Source: Ferruginibacter sp.
GTDB taxonomy: Bacteria; Bacteroidota; Bacteroidia; Chitinophagales; Chitinophagaceae
Length of the DNA stretch: 43,088 nucleotides
Assembly (NCBI GenBank): GCA_035318685.1
Contig: DATHEH010000217.1
Span: forward strand, 1 to 43,088
Direction: 5' to 3'
This document shows, one piece after another, positions 1 to 9,521 of the stretch (position 1 is its first letter; each line of letters opens with the position of its first letter). Made by a program: the position numbers and the translations under genes. A model generated the notes under the pieces. The model made no database searches. It was not told where the DNA came from and worked only from the letters and a program-made list of their open reading frames with translations.

Positions 1-32
1 TATATTTGGTCTTCAAAATAACAAAAGGCACA

Positions 33-2840
33 ATGAAGCAATTTTTTCTTACAACCATAATCTTAATTTTTTCATTTACCTCTTTCTCCCAAACCGGCTT
101 GGTTAGCGGGAAAGTAACAGATACGTCAGGACAAAAAGTAATGCCTTTAGCCACCGTTACAATTTTTAAGGCTAGAGATACAACTATTGTTACTTATCGT
201 TTAAGCAATGAGAATGGTGAATTTAAAATTCCCGGCCTTCCATTGGATGTTGCTTTAAGATTAATGGTTTCTTATTCCGGATTTGAGGCATACAGGAAAG
301 ATTTTATTTTTACTGCTGCAAATAATACCATACGTTTTGATAGCGTAATGCTTATTTCAACTTCTAAACAATTAGATGAAGTGATGGTATTTGCAGAAAG
401 GCCGCCGGTAATTATTAAAAAGGATACTATTGAGTTTAATGCCTCTGCTTTTAAAACATTGCCCAATGCATTGGTAGAAGATCTTTTAAAAAAATTACCT
501 GGCGTACAGGTAGATAAAAACGGAAATATCATGGTTAACGGGAAACCTGTTAACAGGATATTGGTGGATGGTAAAACCTTCTTTGGTGATGACCCAAAGA
601 TGGCTACCCGTAATTTGCCGTCGCAGGTGATCGATAAAGTGCAGGTAACGGATGATAAAGAAGAGATGTTGCGTAATGGAGATGATAATGCGAATAACGT
701 AGGCAAGGTGATCAATCTTACCTTAAAAAAAGGGATAAAGAAAAGCATGTTCGGTAAAGCCTATGCCGGTGGTGGCGGCGGGCCGCAGGGTGGCCGGTAT
801 GAAATGGGAGCTATAGCAAATATTTTTAGGGATACACTGCAGGTAAGTGTAATGGGCTATTCCAATAATCTTAACCGCCCCGGCTTTAGCGTAACTGATA
901 TGCGGCAAACAATGGGTATCAACCGTTCGGTCGAAACGATGGGCGGCAACTCTAACAATAACAACAATACCAGTAATTTCGGTTCCTCCTTTAGTATCAA
1001 TGATATCAATTTTGGAGGAGAATCACGAAACGGCGGTATCACAAAAAGTGATGGCGTAGGCATTAACATCAACCATTCACCCAACAGGAAGCGATCTATC
1101 TACGGTCAATATTTTTATGGGCGTGTTCATACAGATGTGCAAACTGAGAACAGAACCGATATCTATAAAGAAGATACTGTAATAAATAATTTTTCAAAAC
1201 AGCGGTATACCGAGACAGGTAATTCGCATGTGTTTGGAGCCGGTGCAAATTTGAAGCCCGATTCCACAATAAACCTCATCATGGGATTAAACTATGTAAT
1301 ATCCGGAACCACATCTGAAAGAAATGATGCCAGGAGCGGCGTCAATAATTTTCTTGGAAACTTAAACAACGGTCTTGTAAATAATACAGGTGATCTGAAA
1401 ACGAACATGTATAGTCATAATATAATGTTCACCAAACTATCCAGGAGTAAAAAAGGGCGACGATTGAATATTACGCATTACACGGGATGGAACAAAAGAG
1501 ACAGGGATGACTATACTAATGCTGACATTTCATACCTGCAGCCTTTTGCCAAAGATACCGCTTACCAGCAATTGCGTAATGAATGGGTACCAACATGGAC
1601 GGTTAACGTGGCCGGTAATTACAGCGAACCCCTGGTCAAAAACTTTTTCTTTAGGCTGGGTGCACGCTACGATTATGAAAAACTGGATAACAGGGTTGGC
1701 ACATTTGCAAATAACACAGGTGACCCTGTCAAAGATCTGAGCAGCAGGTTTACCAGGACAAGCAATAAGTATAGCATTTCCGGAGGAATTGAATACAGGT
1801 ACAAAAACTTTACTTTCCGGCCAGGCATACGTTATCAATCGCAAAAATTTGATAACAATATATACTCATTTAATCAGTCAATTACACAGGAGCAGCGAAA
1901 TGTGCTGCCACAGTTTGATTTTGTATATAAAAAATTATCGCTTTCGTATAACCGGGATGTAGTGTTACCTTATTATAGCAACCTGGTACCGGTATTGAAC
2001 AACAGCAACCCTTATATGACAAGGCTGGGTAACCCTAACCTTCGACCGGCATTACAGGACAGGGTACGTATTACATTGAACACTTATAGCCCTAAAAGTA
2101 CTTTGGGTGTATGGTCATGGTTTGAAGCCTCGCAATCGAAGAATGTGATAGTAGACAGCATTACGCTGGATCAGCGTGGTATACAAACAATATACCCCGT
2201 AAATGCAAATGGGTATAAGCGTGTTGCAGCCAATTTTGGTTTATACCAGAATAAAAGGAATGCAAAGAATTTTATGATCCCATGGAATTTTGGCACCTGG
2301 ACCGAATATCTTCAAAATTATTTTTACTTTAATGGAGTTCGAAGCCGGCAAAACAGGTTGAATTGTAATTTCTGGAGTGGCATTGGACTTAATTGGGATG
2401 ATAAACTGGAGTTGAACCAGGAGTATTCTTTTGGTTACCGGTTTGTAAAGAACAGTAATGCTGGTTTTGAAGATATCAAAACATTTAGCCAAACGATCGG
2501 TACAGAGGTAATAGCCCGTTATATAAAGCATGTAATATTTGATACAAGATTGCGTTTGATCACGAACAATGTGTTTGATGATCCGGCATTGAAAAAGATG
2601 TATCTATGGAATGCTGCAGTAAATTTTACTTTCTTTAAAGATGAAAGAGCAGTTTTGAGGATAAGTGCAAATGATATATTGGACCAGGGGAAAAATGTGT
2701 ACATGTCGCCTAATCAAAATACAGCATTCTTTTCCAGGGGGGATGTACTGGCGCAATATTTTTTGTCAACATTCACTTATAATCTAAGGCCTGCCGGCGC
2801 AAAGAAAACAGCTGCGGGAGGAAAGTGGTCTTTGTTTTAA
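33..2840 (+). CDS. Outer-membrane beta-barrel protein (TonB-dependent-receptor-like) with N-terminal carboxypeptidase-regulatory-like domain
   Basis: Signal peptide from ATG 33 (MKQFFLTTIIL..SFS); plug-like 'DTIEFNA..EDLLKKLPGVQVD..I.VNG' segment; 'GNPNLRP' motif; aromatic beta-strand-rich C-terminal region. Confidence 0.8.
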   Translation: MKQFFLTTIILIFSFTSFSQTGLVSGKVTDTSGQKVMPLATVTIFKARDTTIVTYRLSNENGEFKIPGLPLDVALRLMVSYSGFEAYRKDFIFTAANNTIRFDSVMLISTSKQLDEVMVFAERPPVIIKKDTIEFNASAFKTLPNALVEDLLKKLPGVQVDKNGNIMVNGKPVNRILVDGKTFFGDDPKMATRNLPSQVIDKVQVTDDKEEMLRNGDDNANNVGKVINLTLKKGIKKSMFGKAYAGGGGGPQGGRYEMGAIANIFRDTLQVSVMGYSNNLNRPGFSVTDMRQTMGINRSVETMGGNSNNNNNTSNFGSSFSINDINFGGESRNGGITKSDGVGININHSPNRKRSIYGQYFYGRVHTDVQTENRTDIYKEDTVINNFSKQRYTETGNSHVFGAGANLKPDSTINLIMGLNYVISGTTSERNDARSGVNNFLGNLNNGLVNNTGDLKTNMYSHNIMFTKLSRSKKGRRLNITHYTGWNKRDRDDYTNADISYLQPFAKDTAYQQLRNEWVPTWTVNVAGNYSEPLVKNFFFRLGARYDYEKLDNRVGTFANNTGDPVKDLSSRFTRTSNKYSISGGIEYRYKNFTFRPGIRYQSQKFDNNIYSFNQSITQEQRNVLPQFDFVYKKLSLSYNRDVVLPYYSNLVPVLNNSNPYMTRLGNPNLRPALQDRVRITLNTYSPKSTLGVWSWFEASQSKNVIVDSITLDQRGIQTIYPVNANGYKRVAANFGLYQNKRNAKNFMIPWNFGTWTEYLQNYFYFNGVRSRQNRLNCNFWSGIGLNWDDKLELNQEYSFGYRFVKNSNAGFEDIKTFSQTIGTEVIARYIKHVIFDTRLRLITNNVFDDPALKKMYLWNAAVNFTFFKDERAVLRISANDILDQGKNVYMSPNQNTAFFSRGDVLAQYFLSTFTYNLRPAGAKKTAAGGKWSLF

Positions 2841-2951
2841 GCGGTTGGGTGAAAAGTAATTGACCAGTTCTCCTGTCGCATCGGGGGTGATATTTTTTTG
2901 CCCTTTACTTCCTTGTTCAATATTCCTTATTCCTTGTTCCTTATTCCTTGC

Positions 2952-2998
2952 GGGATCCTGAAGGGAGCATCCACGGTAGACCTGGTTTGAAAGAACCG
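2952..2998. repeat. Dispersed intergenic repeat, copy 1 (GGGATCCTGAAGGGAGC...CCTGGTTTGAAAGAACC)
   Basis: Near-identical to 3264-3310 and similar to 10661-10698. Confidence 0.85.
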
Positions 2999-3017
2999 GG
3001 CTTTTTTTGCCCTTTAC

Positions 3018-3213
3018 TTCCTTGTTCAATATTCCTTGTTCCTTGTTCAATATTCCTTGTTCCTTGTTCTACATTCCTTGTTCCTTGTTCAATATTCCTT
3101 GTTCCTTGTTCTACATTCCTTGTTCCTTGTTCTACATTCCTTGTTCCTTGTTCTACATTCCTTGTTCCTTGTTCAATATTCCTTGTTCCTTGTTCCTTGT
3201 TCAATATTCCCTG
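3018..3213. repeat. Tandem array of 28 heptamers (TTCCTTG / TTCAATA / TTCTACA) with a 21-bp higher-order period; shorter copies at about 2909-2950, 3249-3262 and 3331-3399
   Basis: Parsed directly: mostly (TTCCTTG)2 followed by TTCAATA or TTCTACA. Confidence 0.95.
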
Positions 3214-3263
3214 TCGAATCCTGGAGTAACCCTGGTTCGGGATTCAAATTCCTTGTTCCTTGT

Positions 3264-3310
3264 GGGATCCTGAAGGGGAGCCTCGGCGGTAGGCCTGGTT
3301 TGAAAGAACC
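3264..3310. repeat. Dispersed intergenic repeat, copy 2
   Basis: Matches 2952-2998 and is followed by the same TTTTTTGCCCTT(T)ACTTCCTTG junction. Confidence 0.85.
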
Positions 3311-3346
3311 GGAATTTTTTTTGCCCTTACTTCCTTGTTCAATATT

Positions 3347-3377
3347 CCCCGTCCGAACGGATGTTCATCCGGGCGGG
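3347..3377. repeat. REP-like GC-rich palindrome within heptamer repeats
   Basis: CCCGTCCG...CGGGCGGG outer stem; alternative inner GGATG-TT-CATCC hairpin. Confidence 0.6.
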
Positions 3378-3649
3378 CTTGTTCCTTGTTCTATATTCCC
3401 TCCGGGTTATATCAAATTTCCATTCTATATATTCATTAACAACCGTCGAATTTGGATTAGCATGTATTAACCGGGAAAGATTCTCCGGGCACACACTTTA
3501 CCTCCTGCTGAACTAACAATCGCCGCTATAGGCTTAACCTTTTATAATTCGCTTTTCTTTTTCATTCAATCTTTAGTTCCTTTATAACATCTACCCATAA
3601 ACACAGCTACCAAATAATGATTACATTTGAAAACTAAATTTAGAGACAA

Positions 3650-4087
3650 GTGAAAAATATCTTTCTTGCTGAAGACGATGCTGATGACCGGATGCTGTTT
3701 GAAGATGCACTTAAAGAAATAACTATCCCAACCCAGCTCACAGTTGCAAAGAATGGTTTAGAGTTAATGAGTAACCTTGAAACTGTAACCGCGCCGCCGC
3801 CACCTCATGTTGTTTTCCTTGACCTGAATATGCCTTTGAAAGATGGCTTTGAATGTTTGCAGGAAATCAGGAATACTTCCAGGTTTAAAGGCATCCCGGT
3901 GGTCATATTTTCAACCACAGCCAGCGATGATGCGGTAAATAAAACATACGAAGATGGTGCCAATTACTATATCTGCAAACCCCGTTCCTTTCAACTTTTA
4001 GTAAAAGCAATTGAAACTGTATTAACGCTTGAAATGTGGCAGGCACCACGACCACCTATAGATAAATTTGTTTTAGAAATTGCATGA
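3650..4087 (+). CDS. Single-domain response regulator (receiver only)
   Basis: AEDD acidic pocket, 'FLDLNMP' phospho-Asp, 'GANYYICKP'; TACATTTG -7 box at 3622-3629. Confidence 0.9.
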   Translation: MKNIFLAEDDADDRMLFEDALKEITIPTQLTVAKNGLELMSNLETVTAPPPPHVVFLDLNMPLKDGFECLQEIRNTSRFKGIPVVIFSTTASDDAVNKTYEDGANYYICKPRSFQLLVKAIETVLTLEMWQAPRPPIDKFVLEIA

Positions 4088-5160
4088 AAGAAAATCAACT
4101 ATCAGATGCTATCAGGGAACTTGCTTTTCAAATGGACGAAAAAGAAAAGCGGGCAGCAGAATTAGTCATTGCCAACAAAGAACTTGTCTTTCAGAATAAA
4201 GAAAAAGAAAATCGTGCAGCGGAATTAGTCATTGCTAACAATGAACTTGTCTTTCAGAATAAAGAAAAAGAAAAGCGGGCAGCGGAATTGGTCATTGCCA
4301 ACAAAGAGCTCATTTTTCAGAATGAAGAAAAAGAAAACCGTGCAGCGGAATTGGTTATTGCTAACAAAGAACTTGTTTTTCAAAATGAAGAAAAAGAAAA
4401 GCGGGCAACAGAATTAACCATTGCTAACAAAGAATTAGAGTCATTTACCTATGTATCCAGCCACGATTTGCAGGAGCCATTACGAAAAATACAAACTTTC
4501 GCTACCCGTCTTATTGCGGATGAATCGAAAAATTTATCTGATAAAGGCAATGAATATGTTTTACGAATGCAGGATGCAGCCAGCCGTATGCAAACTTTGC
4601 TTGCTGATCTGCTTACATACTCCCGCGCCACTTCTTCTGAACAAAATTTTGAAAAGACCGATCTCCATATAATAATAGAAGAAGTAAAAAAAGACCTGGC
4701 AGAAACCATTGCTGAGAAAAACGCGACCATCGAAGTAGTTGAAATGTGCGATGTCCATATAATCCGTTTCCAGTTTCGCCAACTCATGCACAACCTCATT
4801 GGCAACTCACTCAAGTTTTCTAAACCGGGCATAGCACCGCACATAATACTAAAGAGCAGAATTATAAATGGCAGCGAAGTGCCTAACCAAAAACTTTTAT
4901 ACGAAAAAAATTACTGCCATATCACTATTACTGACAACGGCATTGGCTTTAAACCGCAATACAAAGACCATATCTTTAAATTATTCAAGCGCCTTCATGA
5001 CAAAGAACAAATTACAGGCACTGGCATCGGGCTTACCATCGTAAAGAAAATTATTGAGAACCACAACGGTGTAATTATTGCAACAAGCGATTTAAATAAA
5101 GGTGCAACCTTTGATATTTATATTCCCCAACCTGGCACTGAACCCCACCGGCCGGGTTAA
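4084..5160 (+). CDS. Cytoplasmic histidine kinase with N-terminal 21-aa coiled-coil repeats
   Basis: H-box 'SHDLQEPLRKI', N-box 'NLIGNSLKF', 'DNGIG' and 'GTGIGL'; ATGA overlap with the upstream regulator. Confidence 0.9.
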   Translation: MKENQLSDAIRELAFQMDEKEKRAAELVIANKELVFQNKEKENRAAELVIANNELVFQNKEKEKRAAELVIANKELIFQNEEKENRAAELVIANKELVFQNEEKEKRATELTIANKELESFTYVSSHDLQEPLRKIQTFATRLIADESKNLSDKGNEYVLRMQDAASRMQTLLADLLTYSRATSSEQNFEKTDLHIIIEEVKKDLAETIAEKNATIEVVEMCDVHIIRFQFRQLMHNLIGNSLKFSKPGIAPHIILKSRIINGSEVPNQKLLYEKNYCHITITDNGIGFKPQYKDHIFKLFKRLHDKEQITGTGIGLTIVKKIIENHNGVIIATSDLNKGATFDIYIPQPGTEPHRPG

Positions 5161-5197
5161 GGACTGTTTTTATTTAATTCTCTCCCGGATTTCTGAG

Positions 5198-6073
5198 TTA
5201 ACACCGAACATTCACCAGCAGTTTATAACCTATCCCCCGGATATTTACAATTTTCACGCTTGTATCAACCTCAAGCTTCCTGCGCAATTTAGATATAAAA
5301 ACATCCAGGGTTCTTCCCACATAGGCGCCTTCGTCTCCCCAAACATTTTTGAGAATGGCTTCCCGTTCAACGGTAGTATTGGCGGCGTTATATAGTAAGA
5401 GCAGCAGGTCGGATTCTTTAGCGCTTAACGCTATTTTCTGATCCCCGATCAGCAATTCCGCATTCACCCGGTCAAACCGGTATGCACCTATTGCCAGCAG
5501 GCCGGGATCCGCTGCTGTGATGAGGGGTTCCGGCTTTTTCTTCCGGGCATAAATAAATAAGGGGGGCAGGCCGGCAATGGCAAGGGCCAGCAGGGCGATG
5601 ATAAAATAATTAGCCTGTTTTTTACCGGGAGCTGCTGCGTCCAGCACGGTAATTAAAATGCTGTAACAATCTTTGCCCTGCATTCTTGTTCCGCATGGAA
5701 CCAGGTCATCCTCAGCCCTGTTGCCTTTTTCGAAACTATAGACAACTTCGCCTGTTGCGCATCTTACTACCCCGGCTATATACCTGCTGGCGATACCGCT
5801 TGCCTTGACTACGCTGTCAACTATTGCAACCAGTTTTTCCGGGCTAAACTCAAACTCAGATGCAAAACGGATCCTGTAACCCCCGGCTTCCTTCTCAACC
5901 GGCAATACAAGAGAGGAACTGTCGCCGGAATGGAGCAATACCTTATGCCCGATCATCCGCATCGACACCAGGATATGTTTTTCGGCTTTATCCGCCTGCG
6001 CATATCCTGTTATGGCAAACAAAATAATGTTTATGAAAAACAATAAACCTGTTTTGAAATGTCCTGTTGGCAT
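5198..6073 (-). CDS. Membrane-anchored transcriptional regulator with C-terminal OmpR/PhoB-type winged helix
   Basis: Signal peptide; TM 'YFIIALLALAIAGL'; C-terminal 'RTLDVFISKLRRKL...IVNIRGIGYKL'; no receiver domain. Confidence 0.85.
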   Translation of the reverse strand: MPTGHFKTGLLFFINIILFAITGYAQADKAEKHILVSMRMIGHKVLLHSGDSSSLVLPVEKEAGGYRIRFASEFEFSPEKLVAIVDSVVKASGIASRYIAGVVRCATGEVVYSFEKGNRAEDDLVPCGTRMQGKDCYSILITVLDAAAPGKKQANYFIIALLALAIAGLPPLFIYARKKKPEPLITAADPGLLAIGAYRFDRVNAELLIGDQKIALSAKESDLLLLLYNAANTTVEREAILKNVWGDEGAYVGRTLDVFISKLRRKLEVDTSVKIVNIRGIGYKLLVNVRC

Positions 6074-6111
6074 GCTGCAAATTTACCTGGTTATACTATC
6101 CGCTGAAATCT

Positions 6112-6148
6112 TTTACATTCAATTTACATTAATTTACGCAGGTTAACA
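6112..6148. promoter_or_regulatory. Four TTTAC/TTAAC direct repeats, putative wHTH binding sites
   Basis: TTTACA 6112, TTTACA 6123, TTTACG 6133, TTAACA 6143, spaced 10-11 bp, in the divergent intergenic region. Confidence 0.55.
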
Positions 6149-6191
6149 CCTCGCCCAAACCTGCCTGTTTACCTTTAAAGAAAACAGCTAT

Positions 6192-7967
6192 ATGATCAAG
6201 ACCAGCCTAAGTACCATTTGCTTTATCCTCCTCCCTTGCTGCGTGTTCCTTTCCTGCAGGCTTAATAAGAATACCAGCACGGCCGTTGAGGATGCAAAAA
6301 AAGAAACCGTTGTAAAAACCCAAAAGCTGTCCATTGTACAAAAGCTTAAAGAGAGTGATCATTTGCCGGTTGCGGAAAGGATCGCACTATACCACAAACT
6401 GAAAAAAGAAGGTCCGGCTGTTTATGATTTTGAGAATGAGACCGAGCTTACCCTGTATGGCTACGCGTCGCTATGGGCCAATAAAACGACCGAGGCCATC
6501 GAAATATTCAAGCTGATCGCTGCAGAATTTCCCAATTCCGCCAATGCCTATGATAACCTGGGCGAAGCATACGGGAAGAACGGGAACAAAGAATTATCAC
6601 TGGCCAACTATAAAAGGTCGCTGGAGCTTAACCCCGATAACTTTAATGCCGAAGACCAGGTAGAGCGCATTAACTACCCTGACCGGATACCGCTAAAACC
6701 GCAGGAGAAGTTCGCCAAGGTCTATAGCGCTGCGGCATACCGTGCCGACCTGGACCAGCTGGGCAATACCTTATTAAAAGTGCACCCCAATGCCCTCAAG
6801 TTCATTTCCAAAAAGGCTTTTTGGAAGACCATTGAAGAGAAGAAGGCCCTTGTTACGGACAATACCACCTACGGTGAATTCGCCTGGCATTGCAGTGAAA
6901 TAATTGCCAGTGTTAACTGTTCGCATACCGATATGGGCAGCTTCTATGCTCAGAATGAGATGCTGCCCGCTGCCTTAAGATTTCCCCTGCAAACCCGCTG
7001 GACAGATAACCGCTTATACGTTATTGATCCGTCGGCCAATGCCGGGCTAAAGGTAAAAGACGAGATACTGAGCATAAACGGAACAGCGGTTGCCGAAATT
7101 ATGCCTGCCATTTACCGGCATATTTCCTCCCAGGGCTTTACGCAAACCTCCCAAAAGCATGTTTTCAATACCTGGTCATCCAGAATGATCCCTTATGCGC
7201 TCGGTTTCCCCGCATCCTATAATATTGTCATTAAAGGAGTGAAAGATCCTGTTGCGTTGAACATGCCCGGAAAAGTTAAGAACCTGTTTGAAGACCCTTC
7301 CGTAAAGGGCTGTCCCTCCAAATTATGTTTCGAAGTATTAAGCCATCCTCAAAAAACAGCCATACTCAGCATTTATTCCTTTAACTATTATCCCTGGGCC
7401 AATCTTTCGGTCTTTAAAGATTTTATAGACAGCAGTTTCAAAAAGATAAGGGAAGGCGGCGTTGAATACCTCATCATCGACCTTCGCTTCAACAGCGGGG
7501 GTTCGCAGCAGGCCGGCATTCATTTGCTGCGGTACCTGGTTGACAAGCCCTTCACCTATTATTCAAAAGCCGACTTTAAAGGAAAAACGGAAAAAATAGA
7601 CGGCGAAGAACCTACCGTTCCTTTTGAGAACGGGTTCAAAGGGAAGCTATACTACCTGATCGATGGGAACGGTAAATCCACCACCGGGCATTTCATGTCG
7701 CTGGTAAAGGTTTTAAAGCTGGGGACCATCATCGGCGAGGAGCTGGGCTCAAACCAGTTTTGTTCGGCAGGACAAACCATCTGCAGGCTTAAGAACACGA
7801 AACTGGAATATTATGTGGCGGATAATACGCATGAATCCACGGCTACTTCCCTTCCTGATGAAACGGGGATCTTACCGGATCACTATGTAACACAAAGCAT
7901 AGATGATTATTTGAATAAGGTTGACGCGGTGAAGGGGTTTGCGATCAAATTGATTGAAAAACAGTAA
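6192..7967 (+). CDS. S41-family peptidase lipoprotein with TPR region
   Basis: Lipobox-like FLSC; TPR 'ANAYDNLGEAY...NYKRSLELNP'; PDZ-like 'DEILSING'; 'LIIDLRFNSGG', 'IIGEELG', 'GILPD'. Confidence 0.85.
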   Translation: MIKTSLSTICFILLPCCVFLSCRLNKNTSTAVEDAKKETVVKTQKLSIVQKLKESDHLPVAERIALYHKLKKEGPAVYDFENETELTLYGYASLWANKTTEAIEIFKLIAAEFPNSANAYDNLGEAYGKNGNKELSLANYKRSLELNPDNFNAEDQVERINYPDRIPLKPQEKFAKVYSAAAYRADLDQLGNTLLKVHPNALKFISKKAFWKTIEEKKALVTDNTTYGEFAWHCSEIIASVNCSHTDMGSFYAQNEMLPAALRFPLQTRWTDNRLYVIDPSANAGLKVKDEILSINGTAVAEIMPAIYRHISSQGFTQTSQKHVFNTWSSRMIPYALGFPASYNIVIKGVKDPVALNMPGKVKNLFEDPSVKGCPSKLCFEVLSHPQKTAILSIYSFNYYPWANLSVFKDFIDSSFKKIREGGVEYLIIDLRFNSGGSQQAGIHLLRYLVDKPFTYYSKADFKGKTEKIDGEEPTVPFENGFKGKLYYLIDGNGKSTTGHFMSLVKVLKLGTIIGEELGSNQFCSAGQTICRLKNTKLEYYVADNTHESTATSLPDETGILPDHYVTQSIDDYLNKVDAVKGFAIKLIEKQ

Positions 7968-8144
7968 GGTTTAAAAAGATAAACGTACAAACAGGTTGAC
8001 GGTATCAGGGAGTTTCCAGGCCCGCTGCCCGGAGGTTGAATGCCAGCTCAAAACCCGGACTGGTTGGCCGGACCCTGTCTTTTATAGCCTTTTGTAATAA
8101 TGCCCCAATGTTCTGCGTTGTTAGCCAAATTCACACACATCACT

Positions 8145-8756
8145 ATGACGGGGAAACTATTGTTATCAATAAATATTACTGCCCTTTTCTTATTGACCTC
8201 TTCACCGGGTTTATATGCACAGGAAAATGTAAGTAATAGCATCACGTTCATCCAGGGTGACAGTTCATATACCATCTTCAAAAGCAGTGACTCGGTAATA
8301 TTGGAAAGAACAGCTTTTGCTTTAAGGTATTTTGGTAAACAGTATGACGACAAAAAAGGAATTTTTAACGCCGCACAGGTTGCTGTTTTAGATAACCCTG
8401 CTGATACAGTCTCCTTAAAAACCGGACAATACACTAAACACATTCCTTACTTCGAGCCAGGCACAGGTATGGCTCCGGGTGAAAATGAAAGGTATGACAC
8501 CATTATTATATCAAATACCGGCCATCACTACCTGACCTATGAAAATGAAAAAGAAAAAAGAGTAAACCTGATCTCCCGGAACCAGGACATACTTCAACTT
8601 GAATGGAAAATTTCTGCTGCCTTTTATGAAGAAAAAGATATCCCCTTTTCCGATCTGAAATTAACAGCTTTATACTTAGTTATTTTTATAGATAATAACC
8701 TGAATGATATAATAGACAATGCCGAATTGAAAATAATAAAACTGGTATTTAAATGA
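8145..8756 (+). CDS. Exported hypothetical protein
   Basis: Signal-peptide-like N-terminus from ATG 8145 ending '..GLYAQ'; start could be 8100. Confidence 0.6.
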   Translation: MTGKLLLSINITALFLLTSSPGLYAQENVSNSITFIQGDSSYTIFKSSDSVILERTAFALRYFGKQYDDKKGIFNAAQVAVLDNPADTVSLKTGQYTKHIPYFEPGTGMAPGENERYDTIIISNTGHHYLTYENEKEKRVNLISRNQDILQLEWKISAAFYEEKDIPFSDLKLTALYLVIFIDNNLNDIIDNAELKIIKLVFK

Positions 8757-8802
8757 TCCAACTTACAAGATGGGTACAAATTGGATTGATAAAAAACACA
8801 AA

Positions 8803-9324
8803 ATGAAGTGTAATATAAAACTCAAAATTTCACCCCTGACATTTGCTTGTTTATTTTTCAGCCTTCTGCTGGCAATTGCAGCCTGCAAGCCCGGGACACG
8901 AAATGACGAACAGGAAACTAAAACAATTAATGCAAATGATATTTCATTGGGCCCTCCCAGGCATGATACCTTAAGTTCTCAACAATTAAAAAAAATCAAA
9001 AAGATCCACGAGACTTTCGCAGAAGTAAACCCAGCCAGCCTGGAAGAAACAATTACAAACTTTAAACGGGACCTAAACCCCGACAATGAAATTTCAGTCT
9101 GGTTAAGTATGGCCGCAGCTTATGAAAAATTCATTTTATTGAAAGGCCAAAATGTAGATTTGAAAATAAAGGAAGAAGCATTCAAGCTTATTTTGATGCG
9201 GTCAATGATGCCGGAAGAAGAGGCAAAAGCTAAATCTGACTTAAAGATACTATCGCACAAAGACGTTCAAATAATTCTTAACTATTACAACCAGGCTCCG
9301 AAGCCAATAACCGTAGAGAAGTAG
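8803..9324 (+). CDS. Hypothetical lipoprotein
   Basis: Hydrophobic stretch and lipobox-like IAAC; start may be 8770. Confidence 0.65.
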   Translation: MKCNIKLKISPLTFACLFFSLLLAIAACKPGTRNDEQETKTINANDISLGPPRHDTLSSQQLKKIKKIHETFAEVNPASLEETITNFKRDLNPDNEISVWLSMAAAYEKFILLKGQNVDLKIKEEAFKLILMRSMMPEEEAKAKSDLKILSHKDVQIILNYYNQAPKPITVEK

Positions 9325-9425
9325 AAAGAAGCAGGCTTTGGTGAAGACATTTATAGTTAACGCACAAGCAACATAAAGATCAGATGTAAAAACTACAACG
9401 CTCCCCACCAACATAACTGCATATG

Positions 9426-9510
9426 AATGCGGCGAATAAACCCATTATTCGCCGCATTTTTTACGGCTAAACTTGAATATGCGGTGATTATTTAGTATAT
9501 TCACCGCATA
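9426..9510. promoter_or_regulatory. Two related inverted repeats upstream of the Fic gene (operator and/or terminator)
   Basis: AATGCGGCGAATAA-n5-TTATTCGCCGCATT (9426-9458) and TATGCGGTGA-n13-TCACCGCATA (9478-9510). Confidence 0.6.
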
Positions 9511-9521
9511 ATATACGGTAA

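Noticed and set aside
3018-3213. CRISPR array
   Set aside because: No unique spacers, a 7/21-bp period, and no cas genes in the window.
2784-3470. Repeat-peptide ORFs (NIEQGTR, FLVPCSI and others)
   Set aside because: Open in several frames only because the heptamers lack stop codons; no independent support.
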